From positions 1 through 64,000 of IMG/VR virus record IMGVR_UViG_3300042549_005931: 64,000 nt of DNA; one strand, given 5' to 3'. The notes below the pieces were generated by a model, which made no database searches, was not told the origin of the DNA, and saw nothing but the letters and a program-made list of their open reading frames with translations. A program made the position numbers and the translations under genes. Below, piece by piece: positions 59,301 to 64,000 of this stretch (position 1 is its first letter; each line of letters starts with the position of its first letter).

Positions 59301-60493
59301 TTACCATCCGCAATTCTTGCCGTATTTAACCCCGTAACACCACTTATTGGTATATTATAAAGTCCTGCACCATTTCCTGTAAATGAACCCGATACGGTAT
59401 TTCCTACTATTGCTCCATTTACTTTTAATCCGGCATTATCACCAATAACTTCAACCCCACCATAACCAGGTTGAAGAACTATTGCACCGTCAAGTGATTG
59501 TATATATGTTTGACCAAAACTATTACCAACTATATTAAATTTGGTTGCTTCACTTGCCAAAGATATACTACCAGTGAATTGGTGTGTGTCGTCATTTGAG
59601 TTACCAAATTTAGTGGAACCAGATTGAAATAAAACAGACGATGTAACATAATCTGTATGTATTTCTTTTGCGGTGATTGTTCCATCAATATAAACATCGG
59701 TGTTTACTCTAAATCCATTGGCTTGAGATATTGATGCACTAACATTACCATCATAAATTTTATTTAAGTTAGTTATACCTGATATTGGTATGTTAGTTAA
59801 TCCACTACCATCACCACTAAATAAACCGGTTAAAGAACCTGTAAATGAACCCGTAAAAGAACCTGTTGAGTATGATGATGTAAATGAATTAAAATTACTT
59901 CTTATACTACCACTTTCAGTTTCTAAAGACCCTAATCTACTATCAATTGATGATGAAACTGATGTTAAATTTGTTACACCATCTATTGGTATATTTGTTA
60001 AAGCGATACCATCACCATTAAATGAACCAGTAAAGGAACCTGTAAATGAGCCAGTGGTATACGATGATGTGAATGAGTTAAAATTGCCTCTTATACTACC
60101 ACTTTCATCTTCTAAAGCGTCCAATTGTATACTAACAGAACTCGAATAAAACGCTAATCCTGTTACACCACTAAATGGTACGTTATATAACTGACTACCA
60201 TCACCTTTGAATGAACCGGTAAATGATGCGGATTCAAAGTTAGATGCATAAGAACCCGATAATTGAAGAAAACTTGATGATAAATCGGTATAACTTGAAC
60301 TAAAATTATCATATCCTGTTGTACCTGTTAAGAATACTTGTTCCGAACCCGATATTAAATTACCACTATTAAATAGACTTGATGAACTAATTGTTTCCCA
60401 CAATTTTGTATCTCCATCAAAAATTGGTAGATAACCATTTAATGGTGAATTTAAATTAATCTCTACAGGTTTTCTACTTACTAATCTTCCCAT
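56384..60493 (-). CDS. Very large Ser/Thr/Gly-rich repetitive putative virion fibre protein
   Basis: Many TGS/SGS repeats; several internally duplicated modules (RFGGIKV..ASLAWD..GPRNTGSLG x2; SGSTKFG..DDTHQFTGS x2; IGGSTELQVNQTGVTIGN x2). Confidence 0.75.
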   Translation of the reverse strand: MGRLVSRKPVEINLNSPLNGYLPIFDGDTKLWETISSSSLFNSGNLISGSEQVFLTGTTGYDNFSSSYTDLSSSFLQLSGSYASNFESASFTGSFKGDGSQLYNVPFSGVTGLAFYSSSVSIQLDALEDESGSIRGNFNSFTSSYTTGSFTGSFTGSFNGDGIALTNIPIDGVTNLTSVSSSIDSRLGSLETESGSIRSNFNSFTSSYSTGSFTGSFTGSLTGLFSGDGSGLTNIPISGITNLNKIYDGNVSASISQANGFRVNTDVYIDGTITAKEIHTDYVTSSVLFQSGSTKFGNSNDDTHQFTGSISLASEATKFNIVGNSFGQTYIQSLDGAIVLQPGYGGVEVIGDNAGLKVNGAIVGNTVSGSFTGNGAGLYNIPISGVTGLNTARIADGNATASISNTEGLRINTNTEITGTLKVTGEATIVGDLTVSGTAYYNYVTASTLLVNDNWITVTTTSSLGRFGGIKVLDYEGVNETASLAWDTLEDRWVEVVPNHDTYSSSLFIMGPRNTGSLGQEYGLTTNSIPKADDEHHIIDSNISDDGTTVSINSNTQITGSLIVSSGSATFDATLALTENSSLILNSGSNLYVYDGGIISGTFKGNGHLLTDLPYATTGSNSFFGDQTITGSLVISQNLTVLGSSSLLIVTSSQIALSSSFLSLNVFEPAERFGGIKVYDSGSLSHLATASLAWDSLRNHWVYQNASGSSYSGGMLLAGPRNTGSLGDELSLTSGRIPKSVGGDHLDNSIISESGTVITINGGTVVANAFTGSIDFSNVKNTPTLVSGSSQILITGTTGYSTFSSSLSSSIGELSSSVASINLAQNNRLNSIEGVTGSYATTGSNHFKQSQVITGSLIVTGTIVSETTPLVSGSSQIEITGTTGYSTFSSSLSSSIGELSSSVASTNLGQNNRLDSIEGVTSSLNTFSSSINTTIKNKLNSDGVISGSSQVIYSGLTGIPSGIVSGSSQISNFGFATTGSNIFVGNQTVTGSLNVSGSSSLTGSLNVIGSGTITGDLTVQGNLIAQQFIVSSSVTYLTTSFSSGSTKFGDTIDDTHQFTGSVNISGSQTLIGNLNVTIGGSTELQVNQTGVTIGNISTDTHKITGSLNISGSQTLNGVLAVSIGGSTELQVNQTGVTIGNISTDIHKVTGSLNISGSEAITGSLFVSSSGVAASLIGSGSGVFTVDGTSGRLFQIDDSLSGSLFSVNTAAGLPLMEGFSDNTVRIGQFGQKALFVSQSMVGFGTETPIYKADISGSLRVTNQIILSSSQLVNQNIASLASGTQTISTNATSSFTSVFYNYTLASGSNARAGQLIAVWNGNSITYTENSTTDIGTTGNVALTASLSTGNVVLSTVLPTTGWTIKSFVNLL

Positions 60494-60495
60494 TT

Positions 60496-60849
60496 TTAGT
60501 TATTTGCGTTTTCAAGCACGGATAATACTACATCTAAAACTCCAGATTCGTTGGTTGTCATTACTAATTTATCATTTCTTTCCAATACAAGTTTACCACC
60601 AAAAGGATTTAACGATTCTTCAGTTGGTATCGCACCATTGTTAAGTAATGTAACTGTGGTTCCCGTATATCCACTTTTTATTATCCCAACACTAACTCTT
60701 TTAGTGGTGGCAGACATATTTGTAACCTGTGCAGATAAAACAATTGTTGAAATGTCCAAATCTTCTTGGTATATGTCATTACTACCACTTGTTAATGTTG
60801 TGGTAATTAATCGGAATTTATTTAAAGGTAATGAACTAGTAACTGCCAT
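60496..60849 (-). CDS. Hypothetical putative virion protein
   Basis: Between two large fibre genes; beta-rich. Confidence 0.65.
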   Translation of the reverse strand: MAVTSSLPLNKFRLITTTLTSGSNDIYQEDLDISTIVLSAQVTNMSATTKRVSVGIIKSGYTGTTVTLLNNGAIPTEESLNPFGGKLVLERNDKLVMTTNESGVLDVVLSVLENANN

Positions 60850-60875
60850 ATTTTTATTTATTTAAAATTTTTATT

Positions 60876-63047
60876 TTAGGTCTCAAGTGCTAAATTTATT
60901 GGTGTTATTTGTGCAGAAATCGCTTTATTAAACGTTCTACCTTCAATCGTACCCGTTTGTTGTCTAATAACAAAGTCGTTACCTTGATATTGGTCACCCG
61001 TTTCATCACCACCTGTGTAATAAACACGACCACCACTCTCTTGGAATACTCTGATTGTTAAATTAGTTTCTCCAACACCACCTTGGTTAATTGGTAGTCC
61101 TAAAAAGTTAACACCTGAACCCGCATATGAGAAATCATGTGACGTTGATGTAATTAGTGAACCAAATTCGACTAACAAATCTCCACCCGCCTCGTCAATA
61201 ATTACTCTCTGTATGGTATCTTCAACAACATCTAATAATTGACTCACTTTGGTAATTGTCGAAGCACTTATTGAACCAAATAAATTATCAGGGTCATCTA
61301 CAAAATATTCTCTAATGTATTGGTATGCCCTAACAAAGTCATCCGCAATACCCGTATTTCCCGATGTAATTGGGAAAGAAACGACTGCACCCTGTGTAAA
61401 ACCACTCTGAACAGGTAATGTTTGCGTCTGACCCGTTGTTGTGTCTTGACCAACAAAGAATCCAGACGCTATTTGTGAAACACGTGCAACTACGGGTGAT
61501 AATAAATCATCACAGATGGCATCGATTAACAATCCTGAATCCTTAATTGTTGACGCATATATTGTGGAACCGGTATTACTATACGATGCCGCATATGTAC
61601 CATACAATGCCAATTGTGAAATCATATATGTTTGAATATCGGTTTTCTTTGTTGCAATGTATGCCGAAGCAACTGAATCAACGGTGGTACCCGTAACTAA
61701 TGTAATATCCGGTTTTACTAATATTCTTAACCCTTTTGAACGTAAACCATAATCACCAAATGTTGTATTTGAGTTTAACAATGAAGCGTGTCCACCATCA
61801 ATACAATAAACACCAACTCTACTAAAGTTAGTAAAGAATGATACCATTTGACCGTATCCTCGACCTCTGGCACACATACCAATACCATTAAAAGCAACCT
61901 GAGTATATGAATCCACAATCATTGATTTAAGTGGACTGTATGGGTCTAAAACGGAGTCATCTATTAACATTCCACCCGGTCCATTACCCACCAACGGATT
62001 TGCGTTATCAAAATCTAATGGAGTGTAGAACTTATTGAATGGTGTATTAATTGCTGAACAGTTTTGTACATATGGTGATGTTGAAATGTATGCACCGGGT
62101 GCAAATGCGAAGAAGAAACCACTTCTTGGGTCTTCTAAATCATCAATTTCACAACCTTCCAATCTTAATCCTTGTGCATAACAACCATTATTCATTAAAA
62201 ATAGATTATTACCTTTTGTTCCATTAGTAGGTCGTACAACTACAGACCTTAAATCATCACCTAAAAGTGAAACATTACTTACTAATGTAATTGGTGCCTC
62301 TTCAACATAGTATCCACTTTTAACACGGATACTTGTTCTGTAAGGATAAGGATTTGGTGGATTTAATGCGAGTGATGCGGAAGCCGCTTGTGCCGCCACT
62401 TTAATTGTTCTAAATGGTGTCGATAATGTTTTTCCATCATTTGAATCACTACCATCTTCACTAACATAAAATACTTTTTCAGTATAACCTACGTTAGTTA
62501 AATTACTTCCATCACCATAAATTGAACCTGATACCTTTAACGAACCCGTAATTTCTGTTTTAGTGTTTATTCTTAAACCTTCGGTATTTGATATTGAAGC
62601 CGTTGCGTTACCATCGGCAATTCTTGTTGTATTTAATCCGGTAACTCCACTTATTGGTATATTAATTAATTGACTACCGTCACCTCTAAATGAACCACTA
62701 ATGTATCCTGTATCTTGTACGTGTAGATTACTACCACTTGTTAATATTAAATCACTATTTTGTGCAATTAAACCAGTATCAATATAACCAATTCCATCGG
62801 TAACTATCAATGAACCTGTTATTCTTTGAGTACCTTCTAATCTAATACTACCACTAAGATTTATAGAACCCGTATTCGATGCGTTGGTGATAATTAGTTC
62901 TTCAATCGATGTTCCTAATGAACCCGATTTTGCCATGAACGCCTTACCGTCAGTTGTGTTTAATGCTAATTCACCTAATTCAAGATTTGAATTTGTTGGT
63001 TTTTGACCTGATACACTACTCCTACGCAGTCTAATGATTTGTGCCAT
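60876..63047 (-). CDS. Putative tail/fibre protein with Mtd-N-like N-terminus and beta-helix-like domain
   Basis: IRLRRS..G.KP..L.LGELALNT.DGK; FYVSEDGSDSNDG..PFRTI..A; GDDLRSVVVRP; SPYVQNCS. Confidence 0.7.
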   Translation of the reverse strand: MAQIIRLRRSSVSGQKPTNSNLELGELALNTTDGKAFMAKSGSLGTSIEELIITNASNTGSINLSGSIRLEGTQRITGSLIVTDGIGYIDTGLIAQNSDLILTSGSNLHVQDTGYISGSFRGDGSQLINIPISGVTGLNTTRIADGNATASISNTEGLRINTKTEITGSLKVSGSIYGDGSNLTNVGYTEKVFYVSEDGSDSNDGKTLSTPFRTIKVAAQAASASLALNPPNPYPYRTSIRVKSGYYVEEAPITLVSNVSLLGDDLRSVVVRPTNGTKGNNLFLMNNGCYAQGLRLEGCEIDDLEDPRSGFFFAFAPGAYISTSPYVQNCSAINTPFNKFYTPLDFDNANPLVGNGPGGMLIDDSVLDPYSPLKSMIVDSYTQVAFNGIGMCARGRGYGQMVSFFTNFSRVGVYCIDGGHASLLNSNTTFGDYGLRSKGLRILVKPDITLVTGTTVDSVASAYIATKKTDIQTYMISQLALYGTYAASYSNTGSTIYASTIKDSGLLIDAICDDLLSPVVARVSQIASGFFVGQDTTTGQTQTLPVQSGFTQGAVVSFPITSGNTGIADDFVRAYQYIREYFVDDPDNLFGSISASTITKVSQLLDVVEDTIQRVIIDEAGGDLLVEFGSLITSTSHDFSYAGSGVNFLGLPINQGGVGETNLTIRVFQESGGRVYYTGGDETGDQYQGNDFVIRQQTGTIEGRTFNKAISAQITPINLALET

Positions 63048-63075
63048 ATATATGGTTCTATTTTATATAAAATCT

Positions 63076-63125
63076 TGTGATATATATCACATTTAATTTG
63101 ACCTATATAGGTCTCTATATAAATA
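63076..63125 (-). promoter_or_regulatory. Leader with two perfect palindromes and a TATTTATA motif
   Basis: TGTGATATATATCACA (63076-63091), GACCTATATAGGTC (63100-63113), TATAAATA on + strand (63118-63125). Confidence 0.45.
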
Positions 63126-63164
63126 CACAAAATTTCTATTTAAATAAATAAAATGTGAAAAAAA

Positions 63165-64000
63165 TTATAAACCGTATTTAGATTTTGTAACGTTAAAATT
63201 ATTTGTTACATCCAACGCACTTAATCCTTTGGTGTAAAAATAAGCGGCTCCTATTTTACCATCTAAGAATGTGGAACTAATTCCAGTTCCAATGTATCCT
63301 AAATATAATGGATTGGTTTCACCATATCCGTCACTACCATGTGCGGTTGAAGATACTTCAGTTGTATTAATGTAAACTTTTGTAGTATTTACGGTTGCGG
63401 TTATTTGTGATATAAATGTATATAAATACCACGTATTAACAGATACTGGATTAGTGGTGGAATCGGTTATCTTTTGAACTCCAGTTCCATTTGTTACGAT
63501 TCTTGTCTTACCGGCATTTGAAAACAACCCACCCCAATACCCATCAAATCCAAACGAAGATGATAACTTTCCAAACACGGGTTGTCCTTGTGTATTTAGT
63601 GCGGGTAATGTATCAAACTTAACCCAAACTTGAATAGTTCTTTGAGTTGATGTGTTTAGTGAAAAATTTGATTTATGTGGAATTTGAATAGTATCGTTTA
63701 CACCATCTAAATCAAATATACCACCATTGTCACTCAACCAAGTTGCACCATTTATAGTTGCATTATTTCCATTAACCGTTCTATCATTCCAATTACCCGA
63801 TATATAATCCGTAGCATTCAATTCCATGAATAATCCATCAGTTATAAGTGTTGAAGTAACCGTTGTTGGCGTTATACTTGGTGTAACACTATTTGTTGGT
63901 GTTATTGTTGTAGTAACACTTGGAGTTGGTGTAACACTGTTTGTTGGTGTTATTGTTGTAGTAACACTTGGAGTTGGGGTAACAGTGTTTGTGGGTGTAA
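63165..64000 (-). CDS. 3' part of a larger protein: Thr/Pro-rich repeats followed by a LamG domain (start lies beyond the window)
   Basis: Frame of track ORF 63165..63827 stays open to 64000 (..TPTNSVTPTPSVTTTI..TLITDGLFMELNA..); LamG motifs WVKF, WYLYT, LDGKIG. Confidence 0.8.
   Translation of the reverse strand, partial: TPTNTVTPTPSVTTTITPTNSVTPTPSVTTTITPTNSVTPSITPTTVTSTLITDGLFMELNATDYISGNWNDRTVNGNNATINGATWLSDNGGIFDLDGVNDTIQIPHKSNFSLNTSTQRTIQVWVKFDTLPALNTQGQPVFGKLSSSFGFDGYWGGLFSNAGKTRIVTNGTGVQKITDSTTNPVSVNTWYLYTFISQITATVNTTKVYINTTEVSSTAHGSDGYGETNPLYLGYIGTGISSTFLDGKIGAAYFYTKGLSALDVTNNFNVTKSKYGL
63880..64000 (-). repeat. 48-bp tandem repeat encoding TPTNSVTPTPSVTTTI
   Basis: Units start at 63880, 63928 and 63976 (last one partial). 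Confidence 0.85.

Noticed and set aside
757-60865. Short antisense ORFs in the track (for example 757..1074, 6470..6784, 33089..33424, 46547..46969, 59790..60149)
   Set aside because: They lie opposite well-supported genes and show no recognisable motifs.
59221-62665. Diversity-generating retroelement TR/VR pair
   Set aside because: Differences are mostly synonymous and not adenine-specific; both copies are coding; no reverse transcriptase in the window.
1-64000. Eukaryotic giant virus or bacterial chromosome origin; alternative genetic code
   Set aside because: Overlapping operonic genes, an S74 chaperone fibre and a Gp23-like fragment indicate a tailed phage; genes are intact under the standard bacterial code.

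Overview
AT-rich, densely coding 64 kb segment best read as part of a large tailed dsDNA phage genome. The host is probably a Bacteroidota bacterium (DUF2452-like gene; A-rich starts with no Shine-Dalgarno motif). Family calls come from motif recognition only; no database search was run. Layout: (1) 1-5.4 kb holds nucleotide-metabolism and accessory genes (NlpC/P60, HAD, DHFR, ThyA, DUF192, DNA methyltransferase). (2) 5.4-18.9 kb is a plus-strand glycosylation operon: GT4/GT2 enzymes, a DegT aminotransferase, methyltransferases, an LbH acyltransferase, a PhyH dioxygenase, FabH and an SDR, plus a small ORF carrying a T4 Gp23 capsid-like fragment. (3) 18.9-50.4 kb is a minus-strand tailoring island: carbamoyltransferase, UDP-sugar dehydrogenase, radical SAM, two GT7 enzymes with a LamG domain inserted, APS kinase, sulfotransferase-like proteins, eight 2OG-Fe(II) oxygenases and two flavin-dependent halogenases. 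(4) 47.3-64 kb encodes virion fibre/adhesin proteins (Gly-rich protein, collagen fibre with S74 chaperone, LamG cassettes, very large Ser/Thr/Gly-rich proteins). The standout candidate for a new system is 20155..21663: a circularly permuted ATP-grasp domain fused to a cleavage-only Hint domain and a 49-aa, 8-Cys C-terminal peptide. It lies in a compact unit with a Cys-rich small protein, a 30-aa ORF, a sulfotransferase-like gene and a GNAT-like gene, and looks like a self-processing peptide ligation or RiPP-like system. No rRNA, tRNA or CRISPR array was seen.
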